Both the position numbers and the translations under genes were made by a program. A stretch of DNA of 64,000 bases, taken from NCBI RefSeq assembly GCF_003918875.1, contig NW_025767214.1, positions 620,001 through 684,000 on the forward strand, given 5' to 3'. This document shows, piece after piece, positions 45,701 through 57,315 of the stretch; the first letter of the stretch is position 1, and the number at the start of each line of letters is the position of its first letter. The notes beneath the pieces were generated by a model, which was not told the origin of the DNA, did no database searches, and worked only from the letters and a program-made list of their open reading frames with translations. Origin of the DNA: Haliotis rubra (lineage: Eukaryota).

Positions 45701-48345
45701 TCAAAAGTTGGAGGTTCCATCCGCAGGTTTCAGACTCACACACTCACAGTATGGTATATGTTACAAAAAGCGTTCCTTTGAAACCATGATTAATTTAATA
45801 ACCCAAAATTTACCCTGGACAGCATCACTGGTAGGTACAGTCCAATGTAACAGAAATTTGCTCTACTCTGACAGTGTAGGTTTTTTTAAAAACAAAAAAA
45901 CCAAATACTTTTTGGACAGATTGTGTGTACCCTGTTAGGTAGATGAGTGTTCAAGTGTCTCCACTGAATGTAGTCTCAATGTGGTAGGTATTTTGTATAG
46001 TCCTTCAGCTATAGTCAGCTGATCATCCTGATCAGGTAAGTGTAACAGGCAGTTGTTAGATTTTTCGTAACTTGCTTATTTACTTCAGTTTAATCCTGTA
46101 CGTTCTGTGTTACAGTAAACTAGGGACATGTTCTAAAATAACCATGAAAACTTCGAGTTGATGGAAGGGACTTTGAACTGTTCTCCAGTTTACTGTACGG
46201 CAGTTGTGATTCAGATTAGTTGTGAAATGATCTGTCCTGACTGTTTAAATATGACATCTGTATGTGTTGGTTTCTAGATTTGATGACTACCTCATGCAAT
46301 TTAACTTTATTTACCAGCTTTTTGTTCCTCAGTGGATTGGATGTTGCAAATCTTGTGTTAAATTCTAATGCACTTGCTCACTTTTTTCAATATCTTTTTC
46401 ATGATTGTAAAAATAACATTCATTACTTTCATAATTTGTAGCAGATATACACTCAACAAAGACATAGTTTGTTGAAATTCTAATTTGTAAACTTGGATGT
46501 CTTTATCACACGATTCGAGACATGTTTAATTAATTACATAATGGTTGAGGAGAAGTATGAAGGTATTATATTCATAGTTACATATGACACCATATCCCAT
46601 AGTATCCATGACAACTTACATCAATGATCGTAAAGTAAACGAATGTTTTGTTGAGTAAAGTGTTCTAAGAGTTGATAACTGTTGGATTGTTAGTCGTATA
46701 CTGATATCACACGCTTCATCATTTCAGCCTGAAGATGTAGATGCCCAGAGAAAGAAAACAGACGAGCCATCACCTGATGATGAGGAGGAGGAGAAAGAAG
46801 ATAAAGCAGAGTCCTCTGGTGACAAGAAGTCAGTCGGACCAGGGGGAGATAACAAAGGGAAAACATCAAAGTCAGATTTAAATGCAGCAGCAGTAAGTGG
46901 ATGTTTACTTTGAGATACACATTCAATCAAAAACACTGTAACTGCACAGTTATGGCCCATTAGGTTTTCTGTGGGCCTCCCTTTTCATAGTCAGGAATGA
47001 CATAAAATGACATAAAATAATACTGGCAGTGCACTGATATTGAAAAACTGACATAAGTAGGTCCGAGTGCAGGTCTGCATAGGTGGTCAGTGCCTCGTAT
47101 GTGTATGGGCAGACTGGGTTCTCTACTTGCCTGACAGAACGTACATGTATACATTTCAAAATATGTTCTAATGTCTTTCTTATAGAATTATGCTGAGAAG
47201 TTTGTTGTAGTTTGAAGAATAGTAAAAAGTGGAAAAGCGGCAAGTTATTTTAGCTGATGTAGCAATTGTGAAGCTACTTCGTCAGTAACCCACAATGGAC
47301 TACTGATGGAGATTCTCTGACAACAGAAGGCTACTGTACATACATGTTATGAAGGGATAGTTCCTATTTCCTCAGACTATTTCCTTGTGTATTTGTGGAA
47401 GACTAGAGGGAAGAAGAATATGAGTTTATGGCCTTCGAGGTTCTGGTAGAGATACGGTTGTTATGTGTATTTTACCTCTTGTCTTGAAACTGTCAAACTT
47501 CTGAATAGGCATTTACAAACTTACATGAAATTGTTGAGATATGCTGACTTAGCAAAACAGTGTTCTTCCTTAATCGCTGATGTATGATGGCTGTTTTATA
47601 GGATGAAGAAGATGATGGTGATGATGAAGATGCAGATGAAGAAGAAGAAAGTGATGAAGTGAAAGAAAACAAATCTAGCTCACCTCAGTAAGACCTTTCA
47701 TTATGTTGAGCTTCATTTATTGTAAGCATTAGTTACTGAGAGTAGCCACAATAGATTTGCTGAATGACTGAAAGGTTATTTGCTTAAGTGGTTAGTGGTT
47801 TTAAGGCACTATTTAGTATGTTGAATCACTCAGAGTGAATCTATATGTGTGTGAAGCCTCTTTCTGAGGTCCCACGCAATGATGTTCCTGAAATATGGCT
47901 AGAAGATGGCAAGCATCCTGGTCACTCACTCACTCGATCACCTGTGGAGATCCGGGTTAGATTTGGTCTTCAGCGAATCCATGAGGCGACTAATGGGATT
48001 GAGTGGTTGTGCTTGCTTTCTTAGTTGACACATGTCATCGTACCCCAACTGTGTCGATCAATGCCATGATGTTGATCACTTGATTGTCTGGTCCAGACTT
48101 GATTATCCACAGAAAGACATACATATAGCTGGAATATTGCCCAGTGTGGCATTAACAACAAACTAAAACCAAAAAAACACACACTCATTCCACTCCCTCA
48201 CTTCATCATATTGTTACTTCATAGTAACATGAAAGCTTCCAAAACCTACAAGATGATAGAGTAGACCCTCTAGTTTTGTGATTTTCTGACACTGTGTATT
48301 GTTTTCAGGAAATCTCCAAGGAGGAGGAAGACCCGCAGAGAATAA
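30713..48345 (+). CDS. CANX: Calnexin (signal peptide, lectin domain, P-domain, TM, acidic tail)
   Basis: Exons 30713-30874, 31706-31785, 32101-32159, 32919-32983, 33320-33396, 34577-34658, 34985-35053, 35775-35822, 36077-36152, 36585-36663, 37322-37396, 40621-40656, 41945-42058, 42417-42457, 42956-43071, 43673-43747, 44248-44397, [44881-45000 or 45445-45573], 46728-46892, 47602-47687, 48309-48345. Motifs [46 protein letters not shown] and C-terminal [10 protein letters not shown]. Confidence 0.97.
32173..32678. repeat. 31-bp minisatellite, about 16 copies
   Basis: Unit TGTTTAGTCAACCAAGGAAAGGCATATAGTA, starting about 15 bp after a calnexin donor. Confidence 0.95.
32678..32850 (+). mobile_element. 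SINE-like element, family 2 (5'-truncated)
   Basis: Matches the 3' two-thirds of 20151-20390 and ends in (ACTC)n. Confidence 0.85.
33516..33801. mobile_element. hAT-type MITE with CGATA subterminal repeats
   Basis: TIR TAGAGGTGTGA / TCACAGCTCTA; 8-bp TSD ATGTTCAT. Confidence 0.88.
33836..34146 (+). mobile_element. Helentron-associated (HINE/DINE-1-like) non-autonomous element
   Basis: Subterminal inverted repeats TATCCCCTGC / GCAGGGGACA, 3' hairpin TTGCCA..TGGCAA, terminal CTTGTT, internal TGACCTTGACC motif. Confidence 0.6.
35196..35548. mobile_element. hAT-type MITE with CGATA subterminal repeats
   Basis: TIR TAGGGCTGGGA / TCCCATCCCTA; 8-bp TSD CTTATTAT. Confidence 0.88.
36354..36508 (+). 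mobile_element. tRNA-derived SINE, family 1
   Basis: A box TAGCCTAGTGG, B box GGTTCAATTCC, shared 3' tail. Confidence 0.85.
37412..40228. repeat. Long minisatellite (about 38-44-bp units, about 55-60 copies) interrupted by a SINE
   Basis: Left unit TGAGTGAGGGGCACTTGGTCACATCATGTTACATCCTTCTGTGC (44 bp); right variant TGAGTGAGGGGGACTGGGTCACATCATGTCA(T/G)ATCCT(TCT)GTGC. Confidence 0.95.
38452..38791 (+). mobile_element. tRNA-derived SINE, family 3 (Meta/MESC-like central domain), inserted in the minisatellite
   Basis: Head GTGGTGTAGTGGTTAGAGCG..GGGTTCGATC; core CCAAAAGACGTTAAAATATGGTACTTGTTG..CTGGCGCTCGGCATTAA; tail GACGTTAAAC..(TCACC)n; flanked by TCATATCCT on both sides. Confidence 0.8.
40246..40391 (+). 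mobile_element. tRNA-derived SINE, family 1
   Basis: GGGGTAGCCTAGTGG..GGTTCGAATCC..GCTGGAATATTGCTAAAAGCGGC. Confidence 0.85.
41226..41475 (+). mobile_element. SINE-like element, family 2
   Basis: Matches 20151-20390; possible TSD TTAGAACTGTTATG on both sides (about 41208 and 41479). Confidence 0.85.
42136..42235 (+). mobile_element. tRNA-derived SINE, family 1 (3'-truncated)
   Basis: Head and body match 54354-54513. Confidence 0.75.
44881..45000 (+). CDS. CANX: Calnexin transmembrane exon A (alternative)
   Basis: ctactttcag|...|gtaaga; 120 nt, phase 0/0; [40 protein letters not shown]. Confidence 0.85.
45445..45573 (+). CDS. CANX: Calnexin transmembrane exon B (alternative)
   Basis: ttacacag|...AAG|gtaaca; 129 nt, phase 0/0; [43 protein letters not shown]. 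Confidence 0.85.
47785..48200 (+). mobile_element. Tandem SINE family 1 (about 47785-47935) and family 2 (about 47941-48165) in the last calnexin intron
   Basis: Degenerate matches to both consensus sequences, each followed by an ACTC-rich tail. Confidence 0.75.
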
Positions 48346-51300
48346 ATCCAAGTCATGTAACTATTTTATGCATTTTACTGTGTACAAGGACTGAGTGATG
48401 CCAAAAGCTTGAATGTGACTATGCCTGGGATCTCTTTGTGAACAAGTCAAAGTTCTGGAAGTACTGGTAGGAACCCCTGCCTTGACCTTGGCCTTTGTCG
48501 TGACCTGTCTGTCATGTCAGCAAGATTACTCCAATACAAACAGACCTGTGGGATAAAGTGCCACCTCAAACAACACCTACAGTAAAATGTATTAAACCTA
48601 TTTGTCATTTTTTAATATTGAAGTTACCTGTTAGAAAAAATTAACGGATATTTTTAGCCCTGTTCAATTTGTATGAAGAATTCTTGAACTGTCAGTATGT
48701 GTCCAACTGGGACCGATTTACATGTTGTCTCCGGACTGAAATATCTGGATGAAGTGTTCAGTGAGAGCTGTGTATCTGCTGCAATCTGGGTGAGGCATGC
48801 TTACAGCTGCCATCTGCAGCATACTATAGCTGCAAGATACAGACTACAGCTGCCAGCTGCAGCATCCATACTACAGTGACCAGCTGTCAGCATGCTATTT
48901 ACAGTTACTGAATGCAGCACTGGACTCCCAAGACAACCTGACACATCAAACTTCCATCCCAGTGACAAAGTGTAGGTCGTTCATGTCACTAATGCTTAGC
49001 TCAGTTTGAGATTGTTTTCATTTTTTTAATGAATTTTTTTAAAGATTACTGTATATTACACTTTTAAAATCAAATTAATAATACAGGGTACAATTTGTAT
49101 TTTCCAAGTCAATAAAATTCAAAGATAGGGGCATCAGCTGTCATGGATGAATCACACATTTATTATATCCTTTCAAAGACCACCACTAGACACGAGTTGT
49201 GTGAATGTTGTACAGTGTGGAGTCCTTGTGAGAATTCTGTGCCCTGATGTTTCCGTGTACACCCAGGAGATGGATGTCCTTGTGTCAGCAGACGGCATGA
49301 ACGCCTGGCCTCCAACGTTGACATGTTTCAGTTGCATTTAGAAGCTGTAGCTCAAAGACGGGATTGACCTATGGATCTCAACTTCTTTACTTCAGTTCAT
49401 AGGATCAGTAAGCACACAGTGCCAAGGATCTAGAGAATACTCTGTCTTGCAATAAGACTTGCTTAAAGAAGGAACTAGGATGCTTTGGAAAGAAAAGAGG
49501 TTGAGTCCAAAAGTGAATCCCGGTCTAAGGTCCTGAGTTGTCCAGACATCTTGTGCCCCATTGCTGTTGATTTGTTGCCTGTCTGTAAGTAGAGGTTGGA
49601 CACTGTCATGTACATATTAACCCAGTGTGATATTGGTGTGTATGAGATAATAAATGGGAGATCTGACATATGCCAGCATGTGTGTTAGGATGGACTCGCA
49701 CTGTGCAGGCTTCCCTCTAAATCATAAGTGTATTTCAGAAGCACACTTAACAATGAAAGTCTGTCAGTCAATGATATAACACTAATAGTTTCCCTAATTA
49801 ACATAGGCTTATGATGTTCTTAATTCTGAGAATCCTTTAAGAAAAGGGCTCTGGTCAGTTACTTCCTACTGAAATTTTCAAATTTGCAATAATCAGTAGA
49901 CCTACATAGACCATGAATCCTGGGTCTCAGATTCATTCAAGGCACCAATGACAGTTGGTAGAACTTGAAACGGGTAACGCCGAGCTGGAATAAATAAATG
50001 TGATTTTGTCACAGATTATGCCATCCAAGAAAAGCGGCTTCTCATAAGATAGTGGTTTGCCTTGGTTGCTTGTGAAGTGATGTCATGTACTGGGTAGTTG
50101 TTCAATTGTAGATAGATCATACTAAAGTCATTCCCTTCACTGTGTACTGTTAATACTACAGTATTATGACTGTATTGCAGGCTTTCCTGCCACCACACTT
50201 GACATAGCATTGTACACAAGCCATCGTGACCCTATTCCACCTGAAATACAGGTAAATGCCCTCGTTAACCACAAAGCTCAGATTCACAGGTGCATCATCA
50301 GGTGGTCAGTCATGATGAATCCAGTCATTAGGAACAATCACCATGTGACAATGACTTGTAGTGAAATATTCATTTGGTAGTTGAAGAAGACACTTTTTGT
50401 ACATTAATAACTGTGTGGTAAAGATGTGTTTGTGTGGATGTGTATTGATGTTAAGAACCGAGCAAGTCCTACCGTGTGTTACAGATATTTTCATCCTTTG
50501 TTATAACATCAGTATACCTAAGGTAATACTGATAGGTTTGCAAAATAACATTGTCAAGGGTTATTTTGCCAGTGTTTACCATTTTGATTAGATGTCTGTA
50601 ATTGTTTTATTGTCAGTATCTTACACGCTGTCTGTATATTTTGTTTTAAGTCATGATTATTTGGTTTAGTGAAAGATAACAATGTTCAGATCTATGAAAA
50701 CATTTCTTAAGTTGTTGAAAACTTTCATAACTTCCAGGTATGTCTGTTTTTTGTTTTGTGCTTTCACAGGACAGTCTTTCTACATACACACGTCTTGGAC
50801 AACCAACGGAATTGGTACATGCAAGTTGCATTGACTATAATGAATCGTTATAATACTTTCTCATCACAATATTTGACATGTTCTGTATGTTAAACAGTAT
50901 TTACACGGCTCCTAAACAGTTTTCTTTTGCACAGTTGGGACAATTTTCTTCTATCCTGTTTTTGTTGCTGTTTTGTGTATTTGATTGTTTTCATAGGCTT
51001 TTCTCCTGAAATCTGAAATATAAATTGGAACCAAATAAGGCTGTCCAGTGTTTAGAATGGCATTGTTCAGAGATTGAGAAAGGTTTCTGAGACACAGTAT
51101 TCACATGATACTAATGAGCAAGATCAGGGTACACAACAGTCTGGCAGAATCTGTTTTCATTACTGTTCAATCCTTGTGATTGTTGTAAAACGACCACTTG
51201 AAATACAGTTTGGAATTTGTTATCCTTGATCTGTTGTTTTATAATTGAGTTTGAGTTCTATTACATTTTTAAGTAAATGTCTTAATTAAGGTTTTTTTCA

Positions 51301-52206
51301 GCACTTTCTTTTCAGTGGAATTCCACTAGGGCAATATAAATCAGAGATATAGTAATACTATAATTGGATTTTGTTTTGAAAAATGTAATCAGAAATTAGA
51401 ACTTAGTTTTACATGATAACTATTGGACGTTTTAGTTGGCTTCGTTCAGCAGTATATCCAGATCTTCCGTACTCATGAGTCCGTGTTCATCTGTGCACAG
51501 ATGATGTGATGCGGAGGGAATCTTCCCAGTATGATCAAACAAGATAATGATGGAGGTTGCATCACAAACAGTTTGGGACAAATACTTTGATTAGAAAATA
51601 ATGCGGAAATTTGAAATTTCACTATAATTTCTCTTTTACCTACAACTTTGAAAAGATGCAATATGATATCCACCCAATCGGTTGTATGGTACACGTTCCT
51701 CATTCTGAATTGCTCGCCAGGTTGTGCTCTCATTGATGGATACGAAGCTGATACTACCCACAGTCCTGGAAGTTATGTTTTGTGTGTGATAAGAGATGTT
51801 AAGAAAGCAATTTTTATCCTATTTGGAAGTTACCCATTGCCTGTTGTCATGTTGTACTATTTAATTACTCATAATCATGTGAGAATAAAAAAATGTTTAC
51901 TTTTCATGACACTGTACTTGTCTTTTCGAGGCTTGGGAAGCTGTGCAGAATTGTGTCCCTTTGATGTGCCAGGATTTGCAGATTGTGGCATCAACACTGT
52001 CATGACAAGTACAATTGATGTTTTCGCTTCACGAAGTATTGAATGCCACTAGAAGTATCACATTGGGGTTTTCAACAGCATGCTGGCACAAAAGTGTGAT
52101 CCATCTCAGCAGGTGGATGGGTTTAACAGAAACCCTGACCAGAGCTGTGGCCTGGTGAACAGAACATGTCTTGAAAGTGAAATGTCGTGCTTCGATCATC
52201 CATGTC

Positions 52207-52432
52207 TTGTTTGTTTTGTTGATTAACTCCGCACTCTGCAATATTTCAGGGGTCTGCAAATAATAGTCTGGACCAGACAATCCAGTGATCAACAGCATGA
52301 GCATATATCTACATACTTGCTGAAGGATGACATTTGTCAACCAAGTCCGGGAGCCTGATCACCCGATTACATTAGTCGCTTCTAACAACAAGCATGCTTG
52401 CTGAAGACCAGTTATTACCCGATTGTTATGGG
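52207..52432 (-). mobile_element. SINE-like element, family 2
   Basis: Reverse complement of the 20151-20390 consensus. Confidence 0.8.
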
Positions 52433-53180
52433 TCAGTTTCCATGTCTGCCATTATGGGGCTGAACTGAGGACAGGTCAGCTCAGGGCTGGTATTTGGTGT
52501 TCATGTGAAACTGTAGCATGGTACTTCTGGGATAGCATCATGAAGGCAGCATAGTTTGAAGTGGTACATGCACTGACGTTTCACTACATAAGTTAAAAGT
52601 TTGTCTAAAATGCCAATCAAACATCTACATAAGTGCAATAATATTACATGCAACCTAAAACCCTACTTCACCTCACTTGTTTGCACATATGGAGTAACCC
52701 CAGGCGTGTGATTTAGGCATGGATGAGGCACAAATGTTTCGAAGAGTGCAGTGTATGAACACCCTGCTTGTGGGAAATAAAACTTTTCCAACTGCATAAA
52801 TCAAGCACCACCCACATTTTTCATATGCTCAGTACGAAACACGTCATGTTGCTTTGAAAACCACATTGCATGTATTAAAATGGAACCTTACATATTTTAC
52901 TCTGATTAAAACAAAAAGGAAATTGAAAAATGATGATGACCACCAATCTGAATGTCAAACAGTTCCCAAACGATTGTTGATATTGTATGAACCATCCCTC
53001 GCCTCTTAAGACAAGCATGGGTTACTAAAAACCAATATTCTAACCCGGATCTTCACGGGACCTCGGGCAGAGTATTACATTTTGAGCACAGTAATTGGTC
53101 TCAAGGGACATATGTCAATCCTACCAAGGCGGAGCAAAAGTTATCAAGCAAGTGATCAATAATTGGATTGTCTGCTTCAG

Positions 53181-53252
53181 CAGGGGCGGATCCAGAGAGG
53201 ATTTCCCTGAGGAGCATTTCTCCCCTTCTCCAAAATCCTGGATCCGCCCCTG
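53181..53252. mobile_element. 72-bp mini-MITE nested in a family-2 SINE fragment
   Basis: Perfect 15-bp TIR CAGGGGCGGATCCAG / CTGGATCCGCCCCTG interrupting the SINE motif GGATTGTCTG..TCCAGACTCG. Confidence 0.8.
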
Positions 53253-53639
53253 TCCAGACTCGGTTATTTACTGACTGCTGTGATATAGCATGGACATTGT
53301 CGAGTACGGCGTTAAACAGCATACAAACATGAGCGATGTCTGGAATGAGGTAATCTTTCAATCAGCCACTTCCCATATTGTATATGAGTTGCATTCCTTG
53401 ACATCCTGTGTCCTACTGATTCAACAACACCCAACATCCGATTGCGATGTCCCGCTTCCTTCCCCATCCCTGACCTCAAGGAACAATGGGCTGTTTGTAA
53501 CTGGCAATGTTTGTACAGATGGTCATCATTATGTTCTGTTTGACTGAGACATGTATTATTACTATATGCAAGAAACCTATAGGACTGAGGGTTCTCATCT
53601 GGCGTATCCGTCCTTATGTGTCCAGGTTTGTCAGGGGCG

Positions 53640-53800
53640 GACGGGTAGCCTAATGGTTAAAGTGTCCCCTCGTCACGCTGAAGACACGGGTTCGATTCCC
53701 CAGATGAGTACAATGTGTGAAGCCCATTTCTGGTGTCCCCCGCCGTGATATTGCTGGAATATTGCTGAATGCGGCGTAAAACCAAACTCACTCACTCACT
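53640..53800 (+). mobile_element. tRNA-derived SINE, family 1
   Basis: Full head, body and (ACTC)n tail. Confidence 0.9.
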
Positions 53801-54007
53801 AGGTTTGTCAGCGTCATACCTGTGCCCACTGGTTTCATCAAGATGGTTAACTTTGGTGCATCAGTTTAAACCTTTCTCCCAAATCAAACTCACTCAACAT
53901 GATATAAAATGAATACTATATGAAGCGACATTCTTCCAATTTCGTTCAGTGTATCTCGCTGGTTCCACTTATCACTTGGCAGAACACAGTAGAGATCATA
54001 TATAAGA

Positions 54008-54230
54008 GTGTTTGTTTGGTGTTTAACACCGCACTCAGCAATATTCCAGCTGTATAATCAAGCCAGGACCAGACAATCCAGTGACCAACAGCATGAGCAT
54101 CGATGTATGCAAGTGGGATACGATGACATGTGTCAACCAAGTCAGCAACCTAACCACCCGATCCTGTTAGTCACCTCTGACAACAAGCATGAATTGCTGA
54201 AGACCAATTCTAATCCAGATCCTCATGGGT
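54008..54230 (-). mobile_element. SINE-like element, family 2
   Basis: Reverse complement of the family consensus. Confidence 0.8.
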
Positions 54231-54353
54231 TATTAATATGGGGTGGGCAGATATTTCATTGACTTTCCAGAAGAGAAGTTTCTAATTGATGTTTAGATAC
54301 ATATTACGTAGTATTACAGAAACTGTTTGTGTGTTCCTGCCCAACTTTGGGCG

Positions 54354-54513
54354 ATGGGGTAGCCTAATGGTTAAAGCGTTGGCTCGTCACGCCGAAGACC
54401 CGGGTTCGAATCCCCACATGGGCACAATGTGTGAAGCCCATTTCTGGTGTCCCCCGCCGTGATGTTGCTGGAATATTGCTAAAAGCGGCGTAAAACCAAA
54501 CTCAGTCAGTCAG
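54354..54513 (+). mobile_element. tRNA-derived SINE, family 1 (young copy)
   Basis: Near-consensus copy flanked by the direct repeat TCCTGCCCAACTTT (about 54335 and 54513). Confidence 0.9.
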
Positions 54514-54551
54514 TCCTGCCCAACTTTACCCTTATAAAGGATACTGACAGG

Positions 54552-54876
54552 CAGTGTGCGAAATAGGTTCCAAATTTTGCAAGCCAGTCGGGATAGCTAT
54601 GCCTGATAGTTACTAGCCCACAGAATAATTCACTAATCCGACATTTGAATGGAGACACGGGTTTCATCATTAAGCTGCTAATATGATGAACAATTTCATC
54701 AGGCCATAATGTGGCATGATTTAAAAGTGTATTATAACTTAACAAGTTTGACCTTTTTACAATATGACCCCATGAAAATTCACTAGCCAGTCGGGCCAGT
54801 GATTGTGAGGATTTACTGGCCCGACTTGATTTTTACAAGCCACGGGCTAGCGGGCTAGTGGCTATTTCTCACACTG
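54552..54876. mobile_element. hAT-type MITE
   Basis: TIR CAGTGTGCGAAATAG / CTATTTCTCACACTG; 8-bp TSD CTGACAGG. Confidence 0.88.
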
Positions 54877-56269
54877 CTGACAGGTGGATTGTGACATTGT
54901 TGTCTATAGTTTTGTCATGATTTTGAAACGTTTCCTGTGAAATAAATAAAATATAAATGGTTTAGTGATGAAGCCCACCACATTTTGATTCTCATTCATC
55001 GTAATTGCTGCTACCAAAAGGAATTCAACAGTTATAATATACCCTTTGAAGGGACATAGAAGTTGGTTACAATTACAATTATACATTTTAATGAGAGATT
55101 TCATGAACCTCACCTAATCATGTAGGTGTGTTTTTGCCCAAGAACAGAATTGAAAAACTAAATGTTTTCAAAAACATTTAACATTTATATTTTATTAACT
55201 TACTTTTCAGTCACAATCAGCTGAAGGTTGAGTAGTATTTTCTTTTGGTTTTTCCGCAGTATTGCACTTTTCTATATAAACTGTAATGCTATATAAACTG
55301 TTTTATATACATGCCAACATTTTGAAAAACAACTTAGTCAAATTGTCCAGACATACCTTCTTTCCTTTGTAAGCTGTGTATTTTCAGAATGAGTTATTGC
55401 GGTATTTGGCTAATTATATCCAATAGGTAGTATTGAACCATCTGATTCTCTACACAAAACCAGTGTTGGTCTTGCCATTATCCGCTTACCACAGGTTCGA
55501 ATTTGTCTTTTGTTCGAACTCAAAGATGTCAGCAGTATATCAGCATTAATGTATTCCAGTAGTGGGAAGCCTCAACAAACCTCTTTCACTTTGACCAGAC
55601 ATACTGTGATATGACTGAAATACTGGTTAAAGCAGAGTTAAACTCAGATCACTCACTCACAGATTTTTGGAATAAAAACAGAAGACAAACGTGCCAAAAA
55701 TTAAATTTATTACGTCCATAGAATAAGTTTGCATCAACTTAAATTCATCTTAAATGCTAATGTTATGGTGCAAGTGTTAAAACAAATAATAACACGTCAT
55801 AAATTTTCATGAAGTGGCCTCCACTTCCCCATAGCCACACCTTCAACACCAAACAATAAACAGTAACCACTGACACTGACAGCTGAAACAAAAAATAGTC
55901 TGAGAGGAAGAGAGATGTATTTATAAGTAAAGTTAACATAACCTGCCATATCTGCAGAATGCCATCATACTTGCTCTGTATGTTATATTCTTTTTATGGC
56001 TGTAATGTAACATTCCAAGAAACTATCACATGAACACGAGAGGAAGAGAGATTATAAGTCAAGTAAACATAACCTGCTATATCTGAAGATTTTAAAGTTG
56101 TTTTTCTTTCATTAAATACTTCATCAATAAGAATCAGTGAGGTGTGCAGGAACATAAATGACAGATGTGGAAGACAGGCGGCAACTATTCTGCTACTGAC
56201 CAGCACAGCATCTAGAGCTCTAAAACCATTGTTGGAGTTAATGCTGTCCAGGTTTGGAAACGGGGGTGG

Positions 56270-57315
56270 CTGATTGTGGCTTGATTTACACTGCATCCAC
56301 TGTAAATGGGTAGAGGAGTAAACACAGATTCATCAAGATCTCTATCCAATGAAGTCTGGCTGATTGTTGCTTGATCAAGACTGACTCTACTGTAAATGGG
56401 TAGAGGAGTAAACACAGATTCATCAAGATCTCTATCCAATGAAGTCTGGCTGATTGTTGCTTGATCAAGACTGACTCCACTGTAAATGGGTAGAGGAGTA
56501 AACACAGATTCATCAAGATCTCTATCCAATGAAGTCTGGCTGATTGTTGCTTGATCTAGACTGACTCTACTGTAAATGGGTAGAGGAGTAAACACAGATT
56601 CATCAAGATCTCTATCCAATGAAGTCTGGCTGATTGTTGCTTGATCTAGACTGACTCTACTGTAAATGGGTAGAGAAGTAAACACAGATTCATCAAGATC
56701 TCTATCCAATGAAGTCTGGTCTGATTGTTGCTTGATCTAGACTGACTCCACTGTAAATGGGTAGAGGAGTAAACATGGATTCATCAAGATCTCTATCCAA
56801 TGAAGTCTGGTTGATTGTTGCTTGATCTAGACTGACTCTACTGTAAATGGGTAGAGGAGTAAACATGGATTCATCAAGATCTCTATCCAATGAAGTCTGG
56901 TAGATTGTTGCTTGATCTAGACTGACTCTACTGTAAATGGGTAGAGGAGTAAACATGGATTCATCAAGATCTCTATCCAATAAAGTCTGGCTGATTGTTG
57001 CTTGATCTAGACTGACTCTACTGTAAATGGGTAGAGGAGTAAAAACACAGATTCATCAGGAATCACAATGGGTAAAGTCTGGCTGATCTCTGTTGCTTGA
57101 TCTTGCAGATCTAGACTGACTCTACTGTAAATGGGTAGAGGAGTAAACACAGATTCATCAAGATCTCTATCCAATGAAGTCTGGCTGATTGTTGCTTGAT
57201 CCAGACTGACTCCACTGTAAATGGGTAGAGGAGTAAACACAGATTCATCAAGATCTCTATCCAATGAAGTCTGGCTGATTGTTGCTTGATCTAGACTGAC
57301 TCTACTGTAAATGGA
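56270..57315 (-). repeat. 90-bp tandem repeat, about 11.5 copies, open in one minus-strand frame
   Basis: Period of 90 (56300, 56390 and onward); translates to (RVSLDQATISQTSLDRDLDESVFTPLPIYS)n. Confidence 0.93.

Noticed and set aside
53640-54513. tRNA genes
   Set aside because: A/B boxes continue into a shared body and (ACTC)n tail with no acceptor stem; these are SINE heads.
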